A stretch of DNA of 64,000 nt from an uncultured delta proteobacterium (GCA_963792965.1 CAWBYW010000013.1:32001-96000); one strand, 5' to 3'. Numbered from the stretch's first letter, positions 1 through 10,279 are shown. The notes: generated from the sequence alone by a model not told the origin. Program-made: numbers and translations.

Positions 1-860
1 AAGCCTTCCTCGTCGATGAAGCCGAGGCGGCGAGTGGCGCTCGAACTGCTTGATGGCGCCGTCCTTGAAGGCGGCCTGGATGACGGGGTCGGCGGGTCGG
101 GGGTGACGATGTAGCCGCGCTTCTTGAGCTCGAGGGCCCGCTCGAGGCTGTCGACCTTGATCTCGCCGCCGATGCACTTGGCGCCCTGGCCCCATTTCAG
201 CTCGATGGTCTCGACGCCGAGCTTCTCGACGACGTATTCGGCCACGCCGAAGCGGGTGTCCTCGACGTTCATCTGGACGAGGATGTCGCCGTAGCCCTGG
301 TGGTAGCGTCCGGTAGACCTCGATGCGGCGGTCCATGTCCGGGCGATTTCTTGACCTTGCCCTTTGCGTCGAGCTCGAGCTTGGGGTCGATGCCGCAGAC
401 GTTCTCGCCGCAGACGAGCGTGATCGCCGCTGATGGCCGCGCCGACGGCGAAGTGCTCCCAGTTCTTGCGGGCGATCTCGGTGGAGCCGAGGGCGCCGGT
501 GAAGATCGGGACTCTCATCTTGACCTTCTTGGTCCCAGCCGAACTCGGTCTCCGTGTTGACCGCGGGAAAGCGTCGCCCGGTTCGGGATCACGCCCTGGA
601 GCCCCTCGGCGCCGAAGGCGTAGCCCTTGATGTTGAGGTGCGAGTAGTCGACCGGGTAGTCCTTGTCGGCGCCGGCGGTGATCTCGCCGAACGGCCCGGG
701 ATAGAGCAGCTCGCGGCCGCGGAAGGTCGAGGTGAACAGATCGCAGCCTGCCCTTGCAGCCGTCCATACAACGGCTGCAGATGCCCGACTGGGGGGCGAC
801 GTTTCGGGAGCGGTTGGCCGTCTGGACGGCATCGTTGGCGTTCGGTTGTTGCAGGTTCAT
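1..860 (-). CDS. FMN-binding glutamate synthase family protein (stand-alone GltB-like); runs off the window edge, several frameshifts
   Basis: ATG at 860 reads MNLQQPNANDAVQTANRSRNVAPQSGICSRCMDGC; a shifted frame continues CDLFTSTFRGRELLYPGPFGEITAGADKDYPVDYSHLNI; near the edge IELKW-GQGAKCIGGEIKV, the glutamate synthase FMN-domain motif. Confidence 0.85.
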   Translation of the reverse strand, partial: MNLQQPNANDAVQTANRSRNVAPQSGICSRCMDGCKGRLRSVHLDLPRPRAALSRAVRRDHRRRRQGLPGRLLAPQHQGLRLRRRGAPGRDPEPGDAFPRSTRRPSSAGTKKVKMRVPIFTGALGSTEIARKNWEHFAVGAAISGDHARLRRERLRHRPQARARRKGQGQEIARTWTAASRSTGRYHQGYGDILVQMNVEDTRFGVAEYVVEKLGVETIELKWGQGAKCIGGEIKVDSLERALELKKRGYIVTPDPPTPSSRPPSRTAPSSSSSATRRLGFIDEEG

Positions 861-978
861 GGTAAAAGACCTCCGTGTGATTGGTTATTAGCTGCCGGTA
901 CGGGGCCGAGGAGGGATGGGCCTGAAACGTGATGGTCGTGCCCCCGTCCCCGCGACCGGTGGATTATCTGCTGAGGTT

Positions 979-1282
979 ATCGGCAAGTCATTGCCAATAT
1001 TTCACACCGCGATAATTATGTCAATAATAAAGTAACTGTAACTATTAGATATTTCTGCTATGCCGCTCAAACGCTTAGACGCCCTTTACCGGCAATATTG
1101 CCGTGTTTCCTTTAAACCATCGGTATTTTACCTTACATTTTACCGATCTGGGCTTCCTAGACAAAGTGAGGCGCGATGATAAGCCCCGTCTTTTCGACGC
1201 ATTTCGCAGCGTACGGCGCCAAGAATGAGATCAGATCGGCAAAAATGCCGATAAACACCTTGACGATCGGCAAGGTTTCCGG
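979..1282. promoter_or_regulatory. Four GGCA-N4/6-T(G/T)CC inverted repeats, candidate NrpR operators
   Basis: ATCGGCAAGTCATTGCCAAT (979-998), CGGCAATATTGCCG (1090-1103), ATCGGCAAAAATGCCGAT (1235-1252), ATCGGCAAGGTTTCCGG (1266-1282), all in the divergent intergenic region. Confidence 0.6.
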
Positions 1283-1288
1283 TATCGT
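1260..1288 (+). promoter_or_regulatory. Sigma70-type promoter of nrpR
   Basis: TTGACG-17 bp-TATCGT ending 6 nt before the ATG at 1295. Confidence 0.55.
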
Positions 1289-1294
1289 TACCCC

Positions 1295-2305
1295 ATGAGC
1301 GAAAAAATGGAAAAAAAGAGGCTTGCCATCCTTCGATTTCTGTTGGGGGCCGAAGGACCTCAGACGAGCCCGGCCGTCGCCGAGCATCTTATCGCATCGG
1401 GCCATCCGATCAGCGAGCGGACGATCCGCCTCTACCTGCAGGAGCTCGATGACGAGGGGCTCACCCTGAACCACGGCAAGAGGGGCAGGAGCATCACGGA
1501 GAAGGGCACTGCCGAGCTCGGGTCGGCCCGCGCCTTCGAAAAGATCGGCTACCTCGCCGCCAAGATCGACCGGATGATGTACCGCATGAGCTTCAACCTG
1601 CGGGATCTGGCGGGGACGGTCGTCGTCAACGTGAGCATCATAGAGGGAAACAGGCTCGCCGCCGCCATTCCCCTGCTTGGGCAGGTCTTTCGGGCGGGCT
1701 ACTCCATGGGGAGCCTTGTGACTCTTTTCGGGCCGGGCAGCCGCGTCGGCGAGGTGACGATCCCGGACGGCTGCGCGGGGATCGGGACCGTCTGCTCCGT
1801 GACGGTCAACGGGGTGCTCCTGTCCGAAGGGATCCCGACGGCCTCCCGTTTCGGGGGGCTCCTCGAGCTGAAAGACGGCAAGTTCACGAGGTTTGTGGAG
1901 CTGATCCACTACGAGGGGACGACGCTCGACCCGCTTGAGGTCTTCATCAGAAGCCGCATGACCGACTATACCGGGGCGACCGCTCACGGCAACGGCCGGA
2001 TCGGCGCAAGCTTCCGGGAGGTCCCGGCCGAGAGCAGGAGCCGGCTCCTGGATATCTCCAGGCGGCTCGATGAGGCGCATCTCAGGGGATTCATATCGGT
2101 CGGGTGGCCGGGCCAGCCGCTGATGGAGATCCCCGTCGGCGAGGGACGCGTCGGCATCATCGTGATCGGGGGACTCAACCCGGTGGCGATCCTCGAAGAG
2201 CAGGGGATCCACGTCCGGTTTACCGGGGCGCTCGCGGGGCTGTTGGAGTACGGGCAGCTTTTCCACTTTGATGAGCTGGAGGCTCGGGCCCGCCAGATCA
2301 TGTAA
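1295..2305 (+). CDS. nrpR: NrpR-family nitrogen regulatory repressor (winged HTH plus NRD/DUF128 domains)
   Basis: N-terminal wHTH (ISERTIRLYLQELDDEGLT); NRD motifs GTVCSVTVNGVLL, YEGTTLDPLEVFI, GGLNPVA; divergent from a glutamate synthase gene. Confidence 0.85.
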   Translation: MSEKMEKKRLAILRFLLGAEGPQTSPAVAEHLIASGHPISERTIRLYLQELDDEGLTLNHGKRGRSITEKGTAELGSARAFEKIGYLAAKIDRMMYRMSFNLRDLAGTVVVNVSIIEGNRLAAAIPLLGQVFRAGYSMGSLVTLFGPGSRVGEVTIPDGCAGIGTVCSVTVNGVLLSEGIPTASRFGGLLELKDGKFTRFVELIHYEGTTLDPLEVFIRSRMTDYTGATAHGNGRIGASFREVPAESRSRLLDISRRLDEAHLRGFISVGWPGQPLMEIPVGEGRVGIIVIGGLNPVAILEEQGIHVRFTGALAGLLEYGQLFHFDELEARARQIM

Positions 2306-2383
2306 GCGCCGCCGATACCCGGTCTGCTTTCAAGGGGCGAATAAGTCTCCCGCCGTGTGGACCGGCGTCACCAGCAAAAAACC

Positions 2384-2412
2384 TTGAAAAAATCTTCCTG
2401 ATTGCATATAGT
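2384..2412 (+). promoter_or_regulatory. Sigma70-type promoter
   Basis: TTGAAA-17 bp-TATAGT upstream of a GAGG RBS and the ATG at 2439. Confidence 0.5.
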
Positions 2413-2438
2413 AAGAAGAACTATAGAGAGGTGCTCTC

Positions 2439-2852
2439 ATGAAAAAAGTTATCCTCCCGGGCCTCGTGGCGGGCCTGATTATGCTCATCCTTGGCACCGC
2501 CGTCAGCTATCTGCTTATGCTGCCGTTCCGATCGGTCGCGGCCGAGTATACGAACACGAACCTATTCAGGCCGTGGACCGACCCGGCCATGTACTATATG
2601 TTTGTACACCCATTCATCGTCGGGATCATACTGGCGTGGGTCTGGAACAAGGTGAAGGGCGTCGTCGAGGGTACGGGATGGGCCCGGCGCGGCCTTAAGT
2701 TCGGCCTGGCGTACTGGGTCGTCACGATCCCGGGGATGCTCATCTCCTACAGCAGTTTTCAGATATCGGCCACGATGGTGGCGATCTGGTCGGTCACAAT
2801 CCTTGTGCAGGCACTCTGCGCGGGAATGGTCTACGCCGGGATGAACAAATAG
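2439..2852 (+). CDS. Small membrane protein, about 4 TM helices, unknown function
   Basis: 137 aa with four hydrophobic segments and a GAGGT RBS. Confidence 0.75.
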   Translation: MKKVILPGLVAGLIMLILGTAVSYLLMLPFRSVAAEYTNTNLFRPWTDPAMYYMFVHPFIVGIILAWVWNKVKGVVEGTGWARRGLKFGLAYWVVTIPGMLISYSSFQISATMVAIWSVTILVQALCAGMVYAGMNK

Positions 2853-2920
2853 CGGCGGCCGCGCATCATCAAGGCCCCACATAGAGGGGAAGGGAGGTCG
2901 GCATCGTAACGGAAAATCTT

Positions 2921-4009
2921 GTGCTTTTCGCCGGGGATAAGGCGCTGGCGCGCATCCGCGAGGAGGGGCTATCCCCTCTTTCAATCACTACGATCGTCGG
3001 GGCTGCCGGCGGCCCCAAATGGTTGGTGCTGGCGGGCCTTGATCGGGCGATTTTCTTTGACTGGGTTTCAAAGGCCAGGGGCCCCATTCAGCTTGTCGGT
3101 TCGTCCATCGGGGCATGGCGATTTTCTGCGCTTGCCCAGGGTTCTCGGGCGCGCGACGCTCATGAAAAGCTCCGGCGCGCGTATACCGATCAGCATTATG
3201 ACACGAGGCCGTCCCCGCAGGATGTGACCGACGAGGCGGCTCGGATCAGGGATGTCTTCCTCCCCGGGGAGGGAATCGACGCGATATTCAAGAATCCTGC
3301 CTTTCGACTTACCATCATCTCGGCAAGGGGGAAAGGGGCATTTACATCTGGAAGAAGGAGCAGACTGGCGCTCGGGATGCTCGCCGCCGGCACCGCCAAC
3401 GCCCTCTCCCGGAAGAACATCGGGCGTTTCTTTGTCCGGACGGTCTTCTCGGGCAACGGGAATTGTGGGCCGACGGGGATAGCCCGCGCCTTCTTCCGCG
3501 ATGGGCTACCCACTGACGAGGTCCCTCTCACTCGCGACAACATCAGGCAGGCGATCCTTGCTTCCGGATCGATCCCCCTGGTCATGGAAGGGATCAGGGA
3601 CATCCCCGGGGCCCCGCCCGGGCTCTACTGGGACGGTGGGCTCGTCGACTACCACGTCACCATCCCTCGTTCTCCCGAGCGGGAGGGGATCGTCCTCTTC
3701 CCCCACTACGTGGACCGCATCAGCCCCGGCTGGTTCGACAAGTTCCTTGCCCGACGAGGGAAGGGACCGACCGACCAGGACTGGATGCTCGTAATTGCCC
3801 CCTCGCGCGAGTTCGTCGCACAGCTCCCTTACGGCAAGATCCCGGACCGCACCGACTTCCAGCGCTTCCACGGCAACGACAAGGAGCGGCTCACGTTCTG
3901 GGATAAGACGGCCAAAGAGAGCGAGCGACTGGGCGACGAGTTCCTGGAGCTGGTCCGCACCGGGGAACTCGTGGGGCGCTTGAGGCCGCTTTCCTCCCTC
4001 GGCACGTAG
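2921..4009 (+). CDS. Patatin-like phospholipase family protein
   Basis: GAAGGPKW glycine loop, GSSIG nucleophile elbow, ASGSIP and DGG motifs; start uncertain. Confidence 0.85.
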   Translation: MLFAGDKALARIREEGLSPLSITTIVGAAGGPKWLVLAGLDRAIFFDWVSKARGPIQLVGSSIGAWRFSALAQGSRARDAHEKLRRAYTDQHYDTRPSPQDVTDEAARIRDVFLPGEGIDAIFKNPAFRLTIISARGKGAFTSGRRSRLALGMLAAGTANALSRKNIGRFFVRTVFSGNGNCGPTGIARAFFRDGLPTDEVPLTRDNIRQAILASGSIPLVMEGIRDIPGAPPGLYWDGGLVDYHVTIPRSPEREGIVLFPHYVDRISPGWFDKFLARRGKGPTDQDWMLVIAPSREFVAQLPYGKIPDRTDFQRFHGNDKERLTFWDKTAKESERLGDEFLELVRTGELVGRLRPLSSLGT

Positions 4010-4072
4010 TTTACCGGTAAGAGGGTAACTTTATTTTATTCTTTATGCGTCCGACGGATTCCCTCGGGAGTC

Positions 4073-4737
4073 ATGGAGGTAGCTAATCGCGATAAAAGAA
4101 GACAGCAGGACGAAAGACGAAAGGAAGTTCTGGAGCAAATTCGCGCCGCACTACGATACCTTCATGGCCCGACAGGTCCGCAGCTATGGCATGCTACGTG
4201 GACAAGGTCCTTGCGGAGCTACGGGGCGGCTGGACCGTCCTGGAAGTGGCGGCGGGAACCGGCCAGATTACGCTGGATATGGCCGGGAGGGTTCGGAAAG
4301 TCTGCGCGGTCGATATCACGCCGGAAATGATCGCCGTCGCCCAAAAGAAGGCGACGCAGCGACATATCACCAACGTCGAGTTCGCATTAGAAGACGCCTA
4401 TGCCCTCTCATTTGCCGCGGGCAGGTTTGACGCCGTGGTCTGCTCCAACGCCCTGCACAACATGAAGGAGCCCCGGAGGGCGCTGGAGGAGATGAGACGG
4501 GTGCTTGTACCCTCGGGCAAGCTCATAACGGCGACCTTCTGCCACGGCCAGGGGCTCAAAGCCAGGATACTGTCCGGCCTCATGGCGTCCACGGGATTTC
4601 CCGCAAATCACCGATTCACGACCGAGACCCTCACCGCGCTGATAAAAGATTCGGGATTTGCCATCGAAAAGATCGAGATGATCCCGCGATCGGATTCCCA
4701 TGGCGTTTGTCGTCGGCCGGCCGAAATCCTAACGTAA
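4073..4737 (+). CDS. Class I SAM-dependent methyltransferase (frameshifted, probably sequencing errors)
   Basis: VLEVAAGTG motif I, AVDIT, FDAVVCSNALH, VLVPSGKL; the N-terminus FWSKFAPHYDTFM lies in another frame. Confidence 0.75.
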
Positions 4738-4765
4738 GGTGCTTTCGGTATACTTCACGCCACGC

Positions 4766-5971
4766 TCACCGATTTTTCAGCTGACTTCCCATCCACCCGA
4801 TAATCTCGTCGATGTGCGCCGAGATAAACTCGGGCTGGTGCCGGCCGCCGGGGATGATGTTCGTCCCCGGAAACACCGCGGCCCCGTGGGCGACAAGCCG
4901 TGGTACGATAAGCGGGATGTGCGAATCGAGGTTGAAGTCATCCTTTGAACCGACGATGATGTAGTAGCGTTGGCCCGAGAGGCTCACGTTCCCCGCGTCC
5001 AAGAGCTCCACCGGGTTGACCGCTGAAAGCCGCTCCCAGACCGGCCGATCCTCCGACCATACCGGGCCGGGGCTTTTGTCACTGTCAAACACCGGATAGT
5101 AGAGCCACTTCTCCGTGACCCCGAAGAGCCCGCCCAGCGGCGTGCCGTTTACGATCCGCCGCGGGTTATCCGTGCCGACCAGCGCGTAACCCGACGGGTC
5201 GTATTTTGCGATCTTGTTTCCGTTTATCCCGTAGCGGAGGTCGGCCGCGGGATAGATCGGGACCAGGATGTGGGAAAACGACGGGTGGGTCACCCCGTAG
5301 TAAAGGACACCGTACCCACCCATGGAAGCCCCCATGAGTATGACACCCTCGGGATCGGTGCGCACGTTGAATGAGGAGAAGACGAACGGGACGATCTCTT
5401 TGAAGAAGTGATCCTCGTACCGCCCCAGGTTGCTGTTGATGTAGAAGGTCCCCGAGCGATCGTCAAACCAGGTGGCGGGGTCGTCGGTGCCGTTGCCCGA
5501 GACGGAAAAATCGGGCATCACCACGACGGTTGGAGGGACGGTTCCGGCCTCGATGGCCTTCTCCAGCGGCTCGATGACGAGGTTTGCCCACGACTGCGGC
5601 CGGCTGGCGAAGCCGTGCAGGGCAAAGATCACGGGGCAAGGCGCGCCCTTTCCGTCGTACCCGGGGGGGAGGTAGACCAGGAGCGGCCTCTCTTTGCCGA
5701 GGATATCGCTCCGAAAGGGTTTCTCAAACCTCACGGAGGTCCCTTCGGGAGGGATCGCGTCCTTACCCATGAAGGCGATGAGCGTTCCCTGTCCGTCATA
5801 GACCGGCCTTTCGGACTCCCAGGGTGCCCCGCGGTTGACGACCGAAGGCGGCAGGGGAATCGGCCCCCAGATCCGCGCGTAGACGACAAGGGCCAAAACG
5901 CACACGGCGATAATCACCAGGGTAATCAAAATGACTCTCACCACGTGGCCTCCTTTTGCCGGCGATGACAT
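4766..5971 (-). CDS. Membrane-anchored alpha/beta hydrolase (putative esterase family)
   Basis: N-terminal TM helix, VYLPPGYD, FALHG, GASMGG nucleophile motif, C-terminal GGRH. Confidence 0.8.
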   Translation of the reverse strand: MSSPAKGGHVVRVILITLVIIAVCVLALVVYARIWGPIPLPPSVVNRGAPWESERPVYDGQGTLIAFMGKDAIPPEGTSVRFEKPFRSDILGKERPLLVYLPPGYDGKGAPCPVIFALHGFASRPQSWANLVIEPLEKAIEAGTVPPTVVVMPDFSVSGNGTDDPATWFDDRSGTFYINSNLGRYEDHFFKEIVPFVFSSFNVRTDPEGVILMGASMGGYGVLYYGVTHPSFSHILVPIYPAADLRYGINGNKIAKYDPSGYALVGTDNPRRIVNGTPLGGLFGVTEKWLYYPVFDSDKSPGPVWSEDRPVWERLSAVNPVELLDAGNVSLSGQRYYIIVGSKDDFNLDSHIPLIVPRLVAHGAAVFPGTNIIPGGRHQPEFISAHIDEIIGWMGSQLKNR

Positions 5972-6001
5972 ACGTCGCTCCTCTCGGATACGCAATACAT
6001 C

Positions 6002-6485
6002 TCAGACCCGGTTTTTTTTGCCCGTCATCCGGTGGATCTCTATCCGCACGACGGCCGTGACCTTCAGGATTTTCTCGGAGAAGGTGAAGACGGTGGGATC
6101 GAGCCCCGGCGCGTAGTGGGACATGATGACCCGGAGTCCCTCGAGTCTTTTCCGCCTCACTATCCAGCAGCACGGCCCGCCCCTGACCCACGACCGATCG
6201 GAACGCCGCGCCCCAGTCGCAGGCGACCGATTGATCGGACGGGGTGAGGATCGCGACGTCGGCCTCGGCCTCAAACGACACGAGCGGCTCTTTTGCGATC
6301 AGCTCCATCTTCTTGCCCTTATACGAAGAATGGAACCAGATCGATCCTTCCCGATAGCCGAAGTTGACGGGAACGATATAGGGGGGCTCACCCTTCTCCG
6401 AGATCCCGAGCCTGAGGACCCGCGCTTTGGCCAAGACGTCTTCGATTTCATGCCGATCGGTGATCTCGCGCTCCTTTTTTCTCAT
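6002..6485 (-). CDS. Pyridoxamine 5'-phosphate oxidase / NimA-like flavin-binding protein (one frameshift near 6140)
   Basis: MRKKEREIT, PYIVPVNFGY, WFHSSYKGKK, FRSVVGQG; C-terminus RIEIHRMTGKK is in ORF 6002..6274. Confidence 0.8.
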
Positions 6486-6556
6486 GTCACTCCTCTTTCG
6501 CCCGTTAGAGGGTCCTCTGTCGCCGATGGGTGGCAGCCAGGCGGTCGGACCAGTTT

Positions 6557-6805
6557 CTATTTTCCCGGCGACTCCATTTCAAAGTATCCCTCCCTTCCGC
6601 CGAGCGTCACCTTGAGGACATCGGGAGGAGACCGCACGTCCCCCGCGACGGCGAGGACCGAAAACTCGGTCGGGACAACGGCGCCGGGCGCGGGATAGAC
6701 GATCTCGACGTACGTTCCGGGGAGGATCGGCCGGACGCAGGCGATGATGAGGAGGAGCATGATACACAGGACGCCGATGAGCCCGATGAGGACGACTTTT
6801 TTCAT
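6557..6805 (-). CDS. Small exported or lipoprotein-like hypothetical protein
   Basis: MKK plus a hydrophobic stretch ending IIAC; 3' end may be truncated. Confidence 0.45.
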   Translation of the reverse strand: MKKVVLIGLIGVLCIMLLLIIACVRPILPGTYVEIVYPAPGAVVPTEFSVLAVAGDVRSPPDVLKVTLGGREGYFEMESPGK

Positions 6806-7013
6806 TTCGCCATGCCTCAATTGGATCTGTCGGAATGATACCGCAATAGATGTAAAATACCAATAGAAAAGGGGGGATCATAGCACCGCAAGGCGGGCTC
6901 CGTGGGCATTTGGATGGAGGACGGATTGAAGAACCGGGGGTGGGGCCGCCCTAACTAGGGAAGGCACGTATGTCTCTTAACGGGATAGAGGAGTTGCTGA
7001 CTTACGTTAGTCC

Positions 7014-7054
7014 GTCATTGCGAGGAGCCGAAGGCGACGCGGCAATCCCCTGAC
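7014..7054 (+). repeat. REP-like element, left copy
   Basis: GTCATTGCGAGG-agccgaaggcga-CGCGGCAATCCCCtgac; inverted counterpart at 8161-8202. Confidence 0.75.
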
Positions 7055-7261
7055 TACATTGCAGAGCGGGTGGCACCGGCGAGGCGGAGCTTACCGGTGG
7101 CTTTATTGGGGTACGGAAGAGATGCCTTATATGCGTCTAATAAACTCACAATAACTATATATCTGTCTTTGTGAAATATTATTTGCGCCTTTTATTCAAT
7201 TAGTCGTACTGAGTAGCTAATTCCACCATTCTTGCTTTCCTTCTGAATCATCTTTGTATGA

Positions 7262-7984
7262 TCAGAATACCCACTCGAAAAATGAGACCGTGTTATATAT
7301 CTTTTGTTCGACACCGAAAGGTATTTCGGTGTCTTTTATATGCCGTAGAAACTGCTCCTTGTTACATCTATATTTTGTCGGCTCGCGATATGCTTCAGGC
7401 CATGGTAGCACCCACATTCTTGGAGATGAGCCATCTCTTAAAGGAACAAGATATTGGACGTAATAGGAATAAGCAACATCCTCTCTTAGATTTGAAACCT
7501 TCTCCTTAAGAAAAGCGATTTTAGTACCGCAACTAGGGGTCGCTATTATACCTGTCCATTGTGCCTGTTCATACCATGAGGCTGCATCGCCTACAGCAGG
7601 CCCTACAATGGTTGACTCATCAATAATGTATTGACCGATTGAAATCGCACCTCTGATTAATATGCCATTCTCCAAAGCAAACCTAAATAACGGCGTAATA
7701 AAGTCCAATAATAGAATGAGCATGATCTCAGAGTCTTGTAAGGTATTCTCCCATGTTAAGATTATATTATCACCAAAAGTAATAATATTCGGCTCTGAAA
7801 TATTTTGCAGCTCTTTAAATATTTTTCTGTAGAATTTCGTAACGCTTTGTTTTTCCTTTATTACTTTTTCGATAATTCTATCTCTTTACTCCAAGTATTT
7901 ACGAGACTGTTCAATTGATCTTCCTCTCATACCAAGAGCGTCAAGTAATACCACAACGCCGTTTTCAGCTTCATATTTTTTCAT
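7262..7984 (-). CDS. AT-rich class III nucleotide-cyclase-like protein with one in-frame TAA at 7886-7888
   Basis: ATG 7984 is in frame with ORF 7262..7723: VVLLDALG, TFGDNIIL, LIRGAISIG, IVGPAVGDAASWYE, in the motif order of the adenylate/guanylate cyclase fold. Confidence 0.6.
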
Positions 7985-8160
7985 AATTATTCAACTCCAA
8001 AAGTGTTAGTAGTAATTTTACTCTGTTCATCTTAAAGAAAGAAGAAAAAAGTAGGCTTAAACTCACGTGAATTTTCGGAAAACTTGGTTCCTCGAAAACC
8101 ATTAATGAATCATCAAGTCCAGCTATTCTGATCAAATAGAGCTATATATTCGCGGTGACA

Positions 8161-8202
8161 GTCGGGGGATTGCCGCGGGCCGCGAGCGGCCCTCGCAATG
8201 AC
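8161..8202 (-). repeat. REP-like element, right (inverted) copy
   Basis: gtcgGGGGATTGCCGCG-ggccgcgagcggc-CCTCGCAATGAC; arms are the reverse complement of 7014-7054. Confidence 0.75.
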
Positions 8203-8274
8203 AGGGTGGAATGGCCGGTTCTGGCGATGACCGTGCGTTGGGAGTACCACGCAGTCCTTATGAAAAGAACTAAT

Positions 8275-8307
8275 AAAAAAGGGGAGGCTGAGAAGCCTCC
8301 CCTTTTT
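8275..8307 (-). terminator. Intrinsic terminator, potentially bidirectional
   Basis: AAAAAAGGGGAGGCT-gaga-AGCCTCCCCTTTTT just downstream of the acyl-CoA dehydrogenase stop. Confidence 0.85.
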
Positions 8308-8326
8308 GTACGATACGTGAACGGTC

Positions 8327-10172
8327 TTAGAACGCGAAGCTCTCGTCGGCGATCTCGATGTAGCCGTCTTCCTCGGACTTCAGCTGCTTTGCCTTTCCCT
8401 TGACGCGGAGCAGGAGGCTGCCGAGGTAGTATTTGGCCGCGTTGACCTTTCCGGCGTAGAACGCGGTCTCATGCGTTGTCGGCCACCTTCGCCTTGAGTG
8501 CATCACCCTTGAGCCCGCCGAGCTTCGGGTAGGCGATGGTCATCTGCCAGAGGAGCTGCCAGCCCATAACGACGTCGCCCGCCATCTCCATGAGGGGCAC
8601 GGCGTTGCCGAAGATGACCCCCATCTTTCCCTTCCCCATCAGGGTCTGCTGGTAGGCCACGGCCTCCTCGAGGTCCTCCATCGACTCTTTGACGTTGTGG
8701 GCGTAGTCCTTCAGGTCGGCGATCTTGCTTGCTGTGTCGACGATCTTCTTGACCTCTTCCTTGAAGAAGCCGAAGTTCACCAGGCCGTTCAGGAGCATCT
8801 TCCGGAACATGAAGTCCATCGCCTGGATGCCGTTGGTGCCCTCGTAGAGGGATGCGATCTTACAATCCCGGGCGTACTGCTCGACGGGATAGTCTCGCGT
8901 GAAGCCGTAGCCGCCGTAGACCTGGATCGCCTGGCCGGTGATGTCCCACACCATGTCGGTCTGGTAGCCCTTGCAGATCGGGATCAGGAGGTCCAAAAGC
9001 CCCTGCCAACGGTCTTTCTCCTTACCCTCGGTGGTCTCGACGTTGTCGATGCAGTAGCCCATGTAATACTGGAGCCCGCGCATCCCCTCGACGTAGGCCT
9101 TCATACGGACGAGCATCCGGCGCACGTCCGGGTGCTGGATGATCGGGACGCCCTTGCTGTCCTTTTCCTGCATCTTGGTGTAGTGGATGCCCTGGACGCG
9201 CTCCTTGGCGTACTTGACGGCGTGCAGGTAGGCGGCGGAGCTCGTGGACAGGCCCTGGAGACCGACGAACATCCGCTCTTCGTTCATCATCATGAACATG
9301 ATCTTCATGCCCTTCATACGGTCGCCGAGCAGGTAGCCCACGCACTTGCCGTTGTCGCCGAAGACCAGCTGCGTCGTGGGGGAGCCGTGGATGCCCATCT
9401 TCTCCTCGATGCCGGCGCAGTACATGTCATTGCGCTCGCCGGGGGTGCCGTCGGCCTTGGGGAGGAACTTGGGGACGATGAAGATCGAGATGCCCTTGGT
9501 TCCCGGCGGGTCGCCCTCGATCCGGGCCAGCACCATGTGGATGATATTCTCGGAGAGGTCATGCTCGCCGGAGGTGATGAAGGTCTTATTGCCGACGATG
9601 GACCAAGTTCCGTCGGGGTTTGCGGTGGCCTTCGTCTTGAGCGCCCCGACCTCCGAGCCGGCCCCGGGCTCGGTAAGGCACATGGTGCCCAGCCACTGCC
9701 CCTCGTACATCTTACCGAGGTACATGTTCTTCTGCTCTTCGGTGCCGAAGACCTCGATCATCCGGGCGGCGCCGTGTGAGAGACCCGGGAACGCGATGAA
9801 GGCGAAGTTGGAGCCGACGAATATTTCCATGCACGACATATAGAGGGAATAGGGCAGGCCCTGTCCGCCGACCTCGGGGCTCTCGGCCATGGCGATCCAG
9901 CCGCCGGCCTTGTAGGCCTCCAGCGCCTTCTTGAAGCTCGGCGGGGTCGTAACGGTCTTGGTCTTCGGGTCGTAGACCGCCCCGATTTTGTCGCTCTCGA
10001 CGTAGGTCGGCTCGATGTAGTTGACGGCCATCTTCTCGGCCTCGTCGAGCACCATCTGGAAGACGTCTTTCGAGTGGTCCTTGTATTTCGGCCGCTCGCA
10101 GAGCTTTTCGATGCCGAGCTGCTCGTAGAGGACGAAACGGGCATCCCGCATATCCATGATAAGGTTAGTCAT
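8327..10172 (-). CDS. Long-type (about 610 aa) acyl-CoA dehydrogenase (one frameshift near 8470)
   Basis: GTMCLTEPGAGS, EEKMGIHGSPT, QVYGGYG, YEGTNGIQA; C-terminus TAFYAGKVNAAKYY...ADESFAF* is in the shifted frame. Confidence 0.9.
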
Positions 10173-10279
10173 CTCTCATTCTCCCCTAAAATTAGTATAT
10201 TTTTCGGTATTGCGTTAGGCATCAATCAGGCACCCTGTTTCTTGTGTCCGCTTGCTCTCCGCGTGGGTGCAGTGGGTTA

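Noticed and set aside
8469-8471. TGA ending the listed acyl-CoA dehydrogenase ORF as a second selenocysteine codon
   Set aside because: Homologous sequence resumes in a different frame and the position is not a Cys site, so this is a frameshift.
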